From Eledone cirrhosa (lineage: Eukaryota): a DNA stretch of 64,000 bases. The DNA is taken from positions 18,042,001 to 18,106,000 of the forward strand of contig OZ024763.1 of assembly GCA_964016885.1 (NCBI GenBank). Reading direction: 5' to 3'. Shown piece after piece: positions 29,068 through 43,168 of the stretch (its first letter is position 1; each line of letters starts with the position of its first letter). The position numbers were made by a program, and so were the translations under genes. A model generated the notes under the pieces. The model did no database searches, was not told where the DNA came from, and saw only the letters and a program-made list of their open reading frames with translations.

Positions 29068-32000
29068 GTATATTTATGTATATATTCCCCATTTTTCTTT
29101 TTCTTTTTATCTATTTATTTTTTAAATAGCTAGTTATAGTAATGTGCTAGAGTGGTTTGACGTTGTACCTTGGTAGTTAGAGGACATAGATTTTCCATGC
29201 ATTATGGCATGAAGCGACAGAGTACAAAACTCCACCCTGGACAGGGCGCCAGTCTATTGCAGGGTTAAACCCACATATATTGCTGGTACTCATTTTCAGC
29301 TGAGTTTACTGGAGCAACGTGAAATGAAGTGTTTTGCTCAAGAACACAACACACAACCCAGGAATCGAACCCACGATGTTATGATTGTAAGTCCAACACT
29401 CTTACCACTAGGCCACATGCCTCCACACACACACACATGTTACTCCTCTACTACACGCATAAAGATACCCCCCCTTTTCAAAATACACCACACACTCTCC
29501 ATGTTTGGCCCTACACACTTTCCATGTTAGCCCCCACACTCTCCATGTTAGCCTCACTACACTCTCGCCATTTAATTTTGTAGTGACCCAGTCCTGTCCT
29601 GGCAACCTTACAGAAGAAGGGGACGTCATTGTTCTGGCTGACCACACCAATACCCAGCCATTTGCCCTCTGTCAACATAAACGTAAATATTATCTCAATG
29701 AGATTGGTCTGGCTGTCTACCGTCTCCAGTTTAAACTGACCGGAGATGGTAAACAACACTGTATAGCTATGGTAAGTATTGTTGGTTTATATTAAGGCTG
29801 TGTATATCTATGTTTGTGTGTGTTTTTGTGTGTATTTAACCCCTTAGCATTCACATTACTCTATATCTACTATTGTATTTTCACAGTAAAGACTTTATCT
29901 CACATAATTATTCACATAACATTCACATTACTCTATATCTACTACTGTATTTTCACAGTTAAGACTTTATCTCACATAATTATTCACATAACATTCACAT
30001 TACTCTATATTTACTATTGTATTTTCATGGTAAAGACTTTATCTCGCATAATTATTCACATAACATTCACATTACTCTATATCTACTATTGTATTTTCAC
30101 AGTAAAGACTTTATCTCACAATTATTCACATAACATTCACATTACTCTATATCTACTATTGTATTTTCACAGTAAAGACTTTCTCACACAATTATTCACA
30201 TAACATTCACATTACTCTATATCTACTATTGTATTTTCACAGTAAAGACTTTATCTCACACAATTATTCACATAACATTCACATTACTCTATATCTACTA
30301 TTGTATTTTCACAGTAAAGACTTTATCATATTATTCACATAACATTCACATTACTCTATATCTACTATTGTATTTTCACAGTAAAGACTTTCTCATATTA
30401 TTCACATCGAATCTGAGACTTTGATGATGATATTTACTTTGAAAACAAGACCTTAACATCAGTATGTGTGGCTAGTTACGGCCGGTTTGAACAGGAAGAG
30501 GTGAAAATTCTGGGCAGATATGGCCGGTTTCAATGCTAAATGGTTAAACATGCGTATGTGGTCTGTCTCTCTGTCTGTCTGTCTCTGAAAAGATGGGCTC
30601 CACCAGGTTTATAAATGGCCAAGGCACACTCTACATCTCTATGGCGCCCCAACTCCTTCAAGAGTTGGGGCACACGCACGCGCGCACAGTCTACATTCTC
30701 CCTCCCTCCCTTCCTTCCCTCAGCCACAATAACCTCCTGCCACCAAAACTTCAGCCACAAATACAGGGTGTCCCCCAAGAATGCATACACACATTTATTA
30801 GAATATTGAAGTGTGTATACATTTTTGGGGGACACCCTGTATATGATACATAAACTAAATAAATAAAACTCATAAATTAACCTTCTGACCCCTGGTGGTG
30901 TTTCTTTCTTAGCAGGGGGAAACAACTGGTCACTACCAAATAGAAATATATGTGCCAGAGGGAAGGAGTGATGCTATTGATCAAACACAAGCCAGGAGTG
31001 TCATCTGTCCCTCTCCTCTACTGAATGAGTCTACCAGTGTTGATGTTTATACCAACAGGTTTGTTATATCTATATTATCTATACATATTAGTATATTGGT
31101 CAAGTGGTGTATTTGATTCTTATATATATCATCATATGTCTGCTTTTTCCTGCTTGCAAGGGTGGGACGGGTCCTATTCAGCACAGCATGTCTCCATCGT
31201 CACTGTCCTTCGTCATCATCTCCGTGAGCTTCAGCGATCTGAAGTCAGCCCTCACCACCTCTGCCCATGATTTTTGTGGTCTTCCTCTACTGCGTCTTTC
31301 TTCTACTGGGATTTCTTGGCACTTCTTTACCCAGCGGTCATCCTCCATGCGCATCACATGTCCATACCATTGCAGTCTTCTCTCCTGCACACCACAACTT
31401 ATCCCTCTTATACCCAGTTTCTTTTTCAACTCGTCTATACTTGGTCATTCACACACATTGACATTGCACATCCAACGGAGCATGCTTGATTCATTTCTCT
31501 CCAGCCGTCGCATATCCTCTGCAGTTGCTGCCCATCTCACACAGGCGTCATATAACTGGCCTTTCGTTTGTAGGGAGAAACCCTTTGTCAACAGAATGAT
31601 ATAGAAATAGTTTCTACAGGACTAGAACTTTCATTTGAAGGAAATCATCAGGGCTTTTCTAATGATTTCCTTCGAATGAAACAGTTCTAGTCCCATAGAA
31701 GCTATTTCTATTATATTTTGTATATACTCTACTAATGTATTGAGTACTTTACCTCGATTGAACCCGGGACTCTCTCACACACATAACATATATATATATA
31801 TATAATCACCATTTAATGTCCATTTTTCTACGCTAGCATGGGTTAGACAAGTTATCCTATTGTGGGCAATGCCAGGTCAGGTGACCATGTCTTGCTCATA
31901 CAGAACTGATTTTGGTTTCGCTTTAACAGCTGGAAACCTTTCCAAACGCTAACCTCATTTACAGTGAGTACTGTTTATTTTCTATGTCGTGACCCCTACA

Positions 32001-35000
32001 CCTTGGTCAAAATCAGTGAGATCGATAAAATACACCACTAATACACAGGGGTCGATTTAATCCCCCCCCCCCCCACACACACAAAAAATTGTTGGCCTTG
32101 TGCCTAAATCAAACGATTATTAATCCCGTTGAAGTTAGCTTTGCCTTTCATCCTCACGGGGTCGATAAAATAAAGTACCAGTCATGCACTGGGGTCTATT
32201 CAATCAACTTCCCCCTTCGACCAAATTGTTGACTTTGTGTCTAAACCAGAAACCATTATTTTTTTCATTAGAGAAAAGAAACCCTGGCCAGATTCTTCGA
32301 CGTTGTCCAACTTTTCAAACATTGGAAATGTTTTGATGAATGACGCTGTCAGTGAGTCTGACTCTATTGTAATGTCGATACGGTACGAAGTAGAGGGAAA
32401 CTGGGCACTGGTCACCCTCACTGCTATGCTTATTGGTTAAGTATCAAACATATTTATTGATTTCTCTTTGTATTTCTTTTTACCAGGTTCTAATCATGTG
32501 GAGTTGTGGCCTAGTGGTTAGGGTGTTGGACTTAGAATCATGTCATGGGTTGTGTTGTGACTGTGGCCTAGTGGTTAGGGTGTTGGACTTAGAATCATGT
32601 CATGGGTTGTGTTGTGACTGTGTGGCCTAGTGGTTAGGGTGTTGGACTTAGAATCATGTCATGGGTTGTGTTGTGTGACAGTGTGGCCTAGTGGTTAGGG
32701 TGTTGGACTTATGATTGTTGTGGATTAAATTCCTGGACTGGGTTGTGTGTTGTGATGGTCTGTGGCTTAGTGGTAAGTGTTTTTGACTTGTCATGGGTTC
32801 GACTTGTGTGTTGTGTTCTTGAGAGCAAAATACTTTATTTCATGTTGCTCCAGTATACTCAGCTGAAAATGAGAACCAGCAATAGCTGGGGGTTTAACCC
32901 TGTAATGGACTGGCATCCTGTCCAGAAGGGAGTCTCCTACTCGGTCACTTCAGGCCACGGAAACCGGGTTAAGCAGTGGCCTGATGGGTTGTGTGTTGTG
33001 TTCCTTGAGCAAAACACTTCATTTCACGTTGCTCCAGTATACTCAGCTGAAAATGAGTGCCTGTAATAGCTGGAGATTTAACCTTGTAGTGGACAGGCAT
33101 CCTGTCCAGGGGGAGTATTATACTCTCACTTCAGGCCATGGAAACGCAGTGGCCTGTTGAGACTCCTGACTCAGGACAGACTTTAGACGGGACCCATTGG
33201 AAGGAGTTTGAGGACTCTGCCCCCACGAACCTCTCAGGAATAAGTGGAAGAAGTATTATTATTTGTTTTATTTCAGATTCTCGGACAGCAGCGAAAGGTA
33301 TCACTCCCATCTGGTGTTTAGTGGACTACAGACAGTCTAAAATTGCCATTCTTAATAATGGGTGAGTCTCAAAGTTTACGGTATTTCTAAACTGTATTTA
33401 CATGTGTGTAAATGGAGGCACATAGCTTAGTGGTTAGAGAATTGAGCTTGCAATCAAAAGGTTGTGAGTTCAATTCTCAGACCGGGTGATGTTGTTTCCT
33501 TGAGCAAGACACTTTATTTCACATTGCTCCAGTTTACTCAGCTGTAGAAATGAGATCATAGGACTGGAGTCCCTATCATTCCACTACAAAGTTGGCGTGA
33601 AGGTGCCACGGCAAAAAAGCACCCAGCACTCACTGTAAATGAGGTTGGTGTTAGGAAGGGCATCCAGCTGTAGAAATCAAGCCACAATCAGTTCCCGTCC
33701 CACCCTTGCAAGCAGGGAAAAGCGGACGTAAAATGATGTGGTAGTGGTGTGGTGTATGTGATGCAGTGTGATGGTGGTTTGATGTGTGGGTGTTAAGGTA
33801 GTGGTGGTGTGGTGGTAGTGGTGTGGTTGAGATATGGTGTGTGTGTGGTTGTAGTGTAGTGTATGTGGTGTGCTCATTCAGAACTGATTCTGGCTTGGTT
33901 TCTACAGCTGGATGCCCTTTGTAACACCAACCTCATTTACAGTGAATACTGGGTACTTTTTGTTGACACCTACACGATCACTTTACAATGGAAGGTAGGG
34001 CATACTGTCTATATGCTTCAGCTTTGGCTTGGACCTGTGGTAAGTCAGGTCTTCTGTATTACTGTGTAACGCCAAGTCTGTCCTGTGTCATCACTAACTC
34101 CCGTATTCGTGTTATGTAGTTTTGTAGTGAATTAATTGAATTTTATGTATGTGTGTATATATGTTAGGTAATTCGGAGGAAAAGCAAAGGAAAAAAGAGT
34201 GCTCTATATATAGAACAGAAATTAGAAAATGAACACAAAATATAACTACTACATTACCAAAGGTTTCTGGATCCCAGAAACCGTCTGGATTGGTCGTCAG
34301 ATAACATCTGTCTGAAGACCAATCCAGACATATATTATTATTGTCTGGGATCCAGAAACCTTTGGTAATGTGTATATATGTTTCTTTATCTTATACATGT
34401 TCTTTATCTTTCTCAGGTGTGGAAATGGACCAGTTATACCTAAAGGTTCTGGTTTCAATGTGGCTGGCTATGTGTCTTGGAGTCCAACATTCAAATTACC
34501 TTTAGAAGAATCCAGTCAAACTCCTCTAGAGGTCAAATGTAATTTCGGTTTTTGTAAAGACAAATGTGATGGGGTAAGCAGCAGATATTATTTAATTTAA
34601 CCCTTTAGCATTTAATTTATTCTATACTTACTACCGTATTTTTGTGATAAAGGCTTCATTTTACATAATTATGAGATTTTCATGTCATTTATTTTGAGAA
34701 CAATACCTTAACATCTGTATGAGCAGCCATTTACAGCTGGTTTGAATAAAGAGGTGAGAGAATTCTGGCTGGATATGGCCAGTTTAAATGCTAAAGTGTT
34801 CAAATATTCTTTCATATTTAGAAAAATTTTAAGTTTTCTTCTTCTTTGCCCACTTATTCCTTTGAGGGTCATGGGGAGAGTCCCCAAACACTCCTTTCAG
34901 TGGGTCCTGACAGAAGCAATTGTCTCCAACTGATCTGGCTGGATCCCCAAGCAAGACCAGCTAAGCTCATGGATGTTATCCAACCATCTTACTCGGAGTC

Positions 35001-38000
35001 TACCCTTGGGTCTCCTGTCAGTTAGTTTTGCCCATAAATCTGTCCAGTGATTCTTTCCTGAGACATTCTAACCACATGCCCATAGTATCGGAGCTGTGAT
35101 CTCACAATTCAGAGAAGTAGTGGCTCTACCTGGAGCTGAGCCCATGGATGTTATCCAACCATCTTACTCGGAGTCTACCCTTGGGTCTCCTGTCAGTTAG
35201 TTTTGCCCATAAATCTGTCCAGTGATTCTTTCCTGAGACATTCTAACCACATGCCCATAGTATTGGAGCAGTGATCTCTAGTTTTCTTTCAAACTATATT
35301 TTTTTCTTAAATTTAATTAAAAGAAATTTTATTAGATTTAGTTTCAGATAATTCTGTTTACATAAATTGCAAATCTTTTGATAATTTATGTAAAGTAAAT
35401 ATTGTATATACTTGTATATATGCCGAGAAATGTGACAAAATATTGATGGTAAAATAGGGAAGAGGACTTGTCTTCGAGGTCAATATTTTGATTTCACCAA
35501 CTTAAAAATTATATGTAAATGAGGCGCTAAAATAGTTTCACTTTGGAGATGAATGTTGCGCACCAGTTTCACTTTAGAGGTGAATATTACACCAGTTTCA
35601 CTTTGGAGGAGAATATTATACCAGTTTTTCACTTTGGAGGTGAATATTACACCAGTTTTTCACTTTGGAGGTGAATATTACACCAGTTTTTCACTTTGGA
35701 GGTGAATATTACACCAGTTTTTCACTTTGGAGGTGAATATTACACCAGTTTCACTTTGGAGGTGAATATTACACCAGTTTCACTTTGGAATATTACACCA
35801 GTTTCACTTTGGAGGTGAATATTACACCAGTTTTTCACTTTGGAGGTGAATATTACACCAGTTTCACTTTGGAGGTGGATATTGCACCAGTTTTTCACTT
35901 TGGAGGTGAATATTACACCAGTTTCACTTTGAAATATTACACCAGTTTCACTTTGAAATATTACACCAGTTTCACTTTGAAATATTACACCAGTTTCACT
36001 TTGGAATATTACACCAGTTTACACTTTGGAATATTACACCAGTTTCACTTTGAAATATTACACCAGTTTCACTTTGGAGGTGAATATTACACCAGTTTCA
36101 CTTTGAAATATTACACCAGTTTCACTTTGAAATATTACACCAGTTTCACTTTGAAATATTACACCAGTTTACACTTTGGAATATTACCAAAGTTTACACT
36201 TTGGAATATTACCAAAGTTTACACTTTGGAATATTACCAAAGTTTACACTTTAGAATATTACACCAGTTTCACTTTGTAGGTGGATATTACACCAGTTTT
36301 TCACTTTCGAGGTGACATATTTGCTATTATATTTGATGTTTTTAATGAATGTGACCTTGAAAACAATCAGAAAATGGTAACTCATTACATAAAGAAGTGA
36401 AATAAAAACTATACTCTAAATGACTCTTAAAACATTTCAAATATCAAAATATTAAAACTTCATAAATATATTCTCCACTCATGAGAATTTCAAAACTGTC
36501 GTCTGTTGATTAGCCACCATGGCTTATAAATGGGGTTTGGATTCTGTCCTATTTCTCAAATAAAAAAGGGATTGGCTTATAATTGAGTATATAGAGTAAT
36601 TAGGGCAAGTTAATTTAGGGTCTTTTAAAGATTGTGTGACTCCTTTTTACTCCAGTCCACACATTAACGCAGCACATTACACTCCAGTCCAATCATTAAT
36701 ACTCATACACTTTTTACTCCAGTCTACTCATTAACACGCACAAATGCACGCACACACACCACATACTCCACACATGTACTCACACACCATGCCATACACA
36801 TTACACACTACACTATACACTCTACACTATACACACTACACTATACACACTACACTATATACACACTACACTATACACACACTACACTATACACACACTA
36901 CACTATACACGCACTACCCTATACACGCACTACCCTATACACGCACTACCCTAGACACGCACTACCCTAGACACGCACTACCCTAGACACGCACTACCCT
37001 AGACACGCACTACCCTAGACACGCACTACCCTAGACACGCACTACCCTAGACACGCACTACCCTAGACACGCACTACCCTAGACACGCACTACCCTAGAC
37101 ACGCACTACCCTAGACACGCACTACCCTAGACACGCACTACCCTAGACACGCACTACCCTAGACACGCACTACCCTAGACACGCACTACCCTAGACACGC
37201 TCTACCCTAGACACGCTCTACCCTAGACACGCTCTACCCTAGACACGCTCTACCCTAGACACGCTCTACCCTAGACACGCTCTACCCTAGACACGCTCTA
37301 CCCTAGACACACTCTACCCTAGACACACTCTACCCTAGACACACTCTACCCTAGACACACTCTACCCTAGACACACTCTACCCTAGACACACTCTACCCT
37401 AGACACACTCTACCCTAGACACACTCTACCCTAGACACACTCTACCCTAGACACACTCTACCCTAGACACACTCTACCCTAGACACACTCTACCCTAGAC
37501 ACACTCTACCCTAGACACACTCTACCCTAGACACACTCTACCCTAGACACACTCTACCCTAGACACACTCTACACTAGACACACTCTACACTAGACACAC
37601 TCTACACTAGACACACTCTACACTAGACACACTCTACACTAGACACACTCTACACTAGACACACTCTACACTAGACACACTCTACACTAGACACACTCTA
37701 CACTAGACACACTCTACACTAGACACACTCTACACTAGACACACTCTACACTAGACACACTCTACACTAGACACACTCTACACTAGACACACTCTACACT
37801 AGACACACTCTACACTATACACATATTAGTTTCTGTATATTTTCTATCTTGTGTAGTTATCATGTCGAGCCATTCCTACAACAATTGTAAAATCTAAGAG
37901 AAGTACTGTCAAACTTTATTTGATATCACAAATGGGTAAGTTTTACATGTTTTTCTATTTCTCATCTCTTCTTCTTTCTCTGGCACTTTCTTTCTTTCTC

Positions 38001-39487
38001 TGGCACTTTCTTTTGTTCACCTTTTTCTCTCTGGCGCACTCGCTTTCCCTCTTGTTCTTTCTCATTCTCTTCTTTCTCTTTCTTTCTCTTCTTTCTCTTC
38101 TTTCTCTTCTTTCTCTTTCTTTCTCTTTCTCTTCTTTCTCTCTCTCTTCTTTTTCTCTCTCTCTTCTTTCTCTCTTCTTTCTCTCTCTTTCTTTCTCTTT
38201 CTTTCTCTTTCTTTCTTTTTCTTTTTCTTTCTTTCTTTTTCTTTCTCTTTCTTTCTTTCTCTTCTTTCTTTCTCTTCTTTCTTTCTCTTCTTTCTTTCTT
38301 TCTCTTCTTTCTTTCTCTTCTTTCTTTCTTTCTCTTCTTTCTTTCTCTTCTTTCTTTCTTTCTCTTCTTTCTTTCTTTCTCTTCTTTCTTTCTTTCTCTT
38401 CTTTCTTTCTTTCTCTTCTTTCTTTCTTTCTCTTCTTTCTTTCTTTCTCTTCTTTCTTTCTCTTCTTTCTCTTCTTTCTTTCTCTTCTTTCTTTCTTTCT
38501 CTTCTTTCTTTCTTTCTCTTCTTTCTTTCTTTCTCTTCTTTCTTTCTTTCTCTTCTTTCTTTCTTTCTCTTCTTTCTTTCTTTCTCTTCTTTCTTTCTTT
38601 CTCTCTCTTCTCTCTCTTCTCTCTCTTCTCTCTCTTCTCTCTCTTCTCTCTCTTCTCTCTCTTCTCTCTCTTCTTCTTTCTCTCTCTTCTTCTTTCTTTC
38701 TCTTCTTCTTTCTTTCTCTTCTTCTTTCTTTCTCTTCTTCTTTCTTTCTCTTCTTCTTTCTTTCTCTTCTTCTTTCTTTCTCTTCTTCTTTCTTTCTCTT
38801 CTTCTTTCTTTCTCTTCTTCTTTCTTTCTCTTCTTCTTTCTTTCTCTTCTTCTTTCTTTCTCTTCTTCTTTCTTTCTCTTCTTCTTTCTTTCTCTTCTTC
38901 TTTCTTTCTCTTCTTCTTTCTTTCTCTTCTTCTTTCTTTCTCTTCTTCTTTCTCTTCTCTTCTTCTTTCTCTTCTCTTCTTCTTTCTCTTCTCTTCTTCT
39001 TTCTCTTCTCTTCTTCTTTCTCTTCTCTTCTCTTCTTTCTCTTCTCTTCTCTTCTTTCTCTTCTCTTCTCTTCTTTCTCTTCTCTTCTCTTCTTTCTCTT
39101 CTCTTCTCTTCTCTTCTCTCTCTTCTCTTCTCTTCTCTCTCTTCTCTTCTCTTCTCTCTCTTCTCTTCTCTTCTCTCTCTTCTCGTCTCTTTCTCTCTCT
39201 CTCTCTCGTTTCTCTCCTCTCTCTCTCCTCCTCTCTCCTCTTCTCTCCTCTCCTCTTCTCTCGTTTCTCTCCTCTTCTCTCGTTTCTCTCCTCTCTCCTC
39301 CTCTCTCACTCTTTTTACTACTACTACTACCACCATCAGCACCACCAATACCATTTCTTCATTACTCTCTCTAGATATATCATATTCCTATATCACTAAC
39401 CCAACCAGCTGTTTCTCTATTTGTCTTAGTTTCTGTGATAATTCCACTGCCAAAATACTGATACACATTGATATGTGTGTATATGCA

Positions 39488-39525
<38 letters not shown>

Positions 39526-40262
39526 CATACACACTATATAGATAAATATATTTGTGTGAATATATATATTGATATATAGTATATATATAATATATACTGA
39601 TATATATACGTATATATATATATAGTATATATATATGATATATGCAAATATATATATGTATAGTGTATATACACTCATACACACACAGATATGCTGATAT
39701 ATATTTGTGTGTGTATATATATATATACATAATTTTTTAATCTTTCATTTTTAAAAATGGGGTACTTGATGGTGGTGGGTTGAAGGGGAGGTGGCCCGAG
39801 ACGAATATAAGTCATGATAACATATATTTGTGTGTGAGAGAGAGCATATATCTGTGTGTGTGTGTGTGACAGAGAGAGGAATGGAATGCATTTTCACTTG
39901 TAGCCTTAAACCCCCCCCCCCTCATCTCTGATATGTGAGTCTCGTAATACCACCCAAACACACATTAGTTGAGGCTAAAAAGAATTTGATATTTCAAACA
40001 CCCACTTACATTTAAAAAAATATTAATGTTGTCTATGTATGTATGTATGTATGTATGGTATGGTAACTCCTGATGCCGTCGTAGAGATGCCCTAATGCCT
40101 TATGGGTTTACAACATGCAGCATTTCTTGATCATTTTAAAACCTGAGGGAGCCCATCTCCCTCTCTCTAGGTCTGAACACAGCAGATAAAGAGTTTGAGA
40201 GAGAATAGAAGTGAAAAAGATATAGAGAAAGAATTGACCCCTGTACTAGATTGGCACTTTAA

Positions 40263-40296
<34 letters not shown>

Positions 40297-41122
40297 CATC
40301 AACCATGAAAGGTTGAAAGGCAAAGTTGACCTCAGTGAGATTTGAACTGAGAATAGAGCTGGAATAAATGCTACAAAGCATTCTATCAGATGTTCTAACG
40401 ACTCTGCCAATTTGCTGCCCATCACTGTAAACGTAGTTTGGTGTGAGGAAGGGCATCCAGTGGTAAAAATCTCAGCCAAATTACTGTTCTGTTTGAGCAA
40501 GTTACGGCACAGCCAACTGGCCAGACTCATCTCATAATGTGGACAACCCATCTAACCCATGCAAGCATGGAAAAACAAACTTTTAAGATTTTTTTTGCTT
40601 TGATTGCATGCCTATATATGGACTGTACCCCTTAATAACTTCAACTAGATTTTGGCCGTTCTAATACTAGTGGCTTAGTTTGAATCTAGCTGTCAAAACG
40701 GCCGGAGCTCAGCTGTCGGGGTTTTGAATATTTTCATCATTTTACATCTGCTTTTCCCCGCTTGCAAGGGTGGGACTCATATCATCATCATCATCATTTC
40801 ATTTTACGTCCACTTTTCCCTGCTTGCAAGGGTGGGACGGGAACTGATTCTGGCTTGATTTCTACAGCTGGATGCCCTTCCTAACACCAACCTCATTTAC
40901 AGTGAGTGCTGGGTGCTTTTTTGCTGTGGCACCTCCACGACCACTTTGCAGTGGAATGATAGGGACCCCAGTCCCTATCATCTCATTTCTGCAGCTGAGT
41001 AAACTGGAGCAATGTGAAATAAAGTGTCTTGCTCAAGGACACAACACATCACCCGGTCTGAGAATTGAACTCACAACCTTTCGATTGCAAGGCCAATGCT
41101 CTAACCACTAAGCCATGTGCCT

Positions 41123-41174
<52 letters not shown>

Positions 41175-41272
41175 CTCAGCCATCAGGTCCTGACTCTTTA
41201 TGAAATAACCATAATCTTCAACCCCACAAATATCAAGTAATATTTTAACCACTTTCAAACTGATTCCACCTT

Positions 41273-41326
<54 letters not shown>

Positions 41327-41938
41327 TGCTATCATAGACATGGCCTGGCCAAAACCAATCAGTTATATATATATATATACACAAGGTGTCCTCCAAAAAT
41401 GTATACACAACAAAATCTTTGAAGGATGCACCAAAATAAATTCTGTTTTATATGAATTATTTAAATTATGTAAACATTTCCGGGTGTTTACATACAATTC
41501 AATTGTCTGTAAATCATTTTATTTTTGGGAAAGGCTTGGCATCCTAATAAATATTGCCTGTACAGGTAATCAGTGTGTATACATTTTTGGGACACCCTGT
41601 ATGTGTGTGTGTGTATGTATGTATATATATTTAAATGTATAAAGAAAACAAATAGGTGTGAAGTATAGATTAGAAGTGAAGAATTTAATCCAAGTTCATT
41701 CTTTAACACATGTTTCAATACAATATCAGTCTACAAGTACTGGTTGCATATTGATGTTATTGTTATCCATTTGGATTAAAAGGCAACTATATATATATAT
41801 AGGAAAAGGTTCAGGACCCCGACGGCAGAGCTCAAGCCGTTTCGATGGCTAATTCTGGACTATTACCCACTCTACTACCCAAAGTATCTAGTACTCTGGT
41901 GTTATGGTCCACCTGGTTCCTTACCACACCTCCTTCAT

Positions 41939-41994
<56 letters not shown>

Positions 41995-42239
41995 CATCAT
42001 CATCATCACCACCACCGTTTAACGTCCGTTCTTCCACACTAGCATGGGTTAGACAGGTTGTCCTGTTGTGGGAACTGATTCTGGCTTGATTTCTACAGCT
42101 GGATGCTCTTCCTAACACCAACCTTGTTTACAGTGAATGCTGGGTGCTTTTTTTTCCATGGCGCCTACACAACCACTTTAGTGTGGGCTGGGTGGTGTTT
42201 TTTTTTTTTTGTTTTTTTTTTTGCAGTGGGAGGGGGTGG

Positions 42240-42271
<32 letters not shown>

Positions 42272-43128
42272 AACACACACACATACATACACATACATAC
42301 ACATTAATGAAGTAGAGCTTGTGGTCAAATCTCCACATCATTAATATATCTACTCTGCACCCCACATTGCATTGAATACTACACTTGTTTTGTAGTCTTC
42401 ACGCACACATGCACACTCTCTCTTTCTTTCTTTCTCTCTCTCTCTCTTTCTCTATATCTCTCTCTTTCTCTATATATCTCTCTCTTTCTCTATATCTCTC
42501 TCTTTCTCTCTATCTCTCTATCTCTTTCTCTCTTTCTCTCTCGCTTTCTCTCTATCTCTCTATCTCTCTTTCTCTCTTTCTCTCGCTTTCTCTCTCGCTT
42601 TCTCTCTTGAGATTGGTTGACTTGAGAAGTATTGGGGACATTTGAAAGTTGGAAATGCAGTTGCCGCAATGCAGATAACTATAATAGTTGAATAAATTTG
42701 GGTAAAGTACTCTTGGTGATGGAAATGTTTTAAATGTTTCCCCACCTTTGGTGGCAGGATCGGGGTTAAGTCTGGTAGGGGGTGGGGTAGGGGGTAGTTA
42801 ATTATTTGTTCTATTTAAGGCACACTGTAGTCAAGGTTTCCATTACAAATTCTAACCATTTCACACTGTCAAAATATCTGTTAAATCTTAAACCTTACAT
42901 AGTGTATGTGTGTGTATATATATGTATATAATGTACATATACATGTGTGTGTGTATATATGTACATATGTATCTGTACAATTGCATACATGTATAACTGT
43001 GTATAAACATACACATATATAATGTACATACATATGTGTGTGTATGCACGTATATATAATGTACATATGTGTATGCATATGTGTATGTAAACAATGTACA
43101 TATATGTGTGTATGCATTGTGTGTATGC

Positions 43129-43168
<40 letters not shown>

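Noticed and set aside
33414-33490. tRNA gene candidates
   Set aside because: tRNA-like heads continue into SINE bodies and tails and lack a clean acceptor stem
34965-35278. About 180 bp tandem duplication as possible extra exons
   Set aside because: Duplicated RTE-like 3' fragment on the minus strand (YYGHVVRM) with stops
37920-39374. 484 aa F/L/S ORF and 430 aa K/E/R ORF
   Set aside because: Both strands of a pure pyrimidine/purine tract in intron 9; the + ORF merely overlaps the end of exon 9
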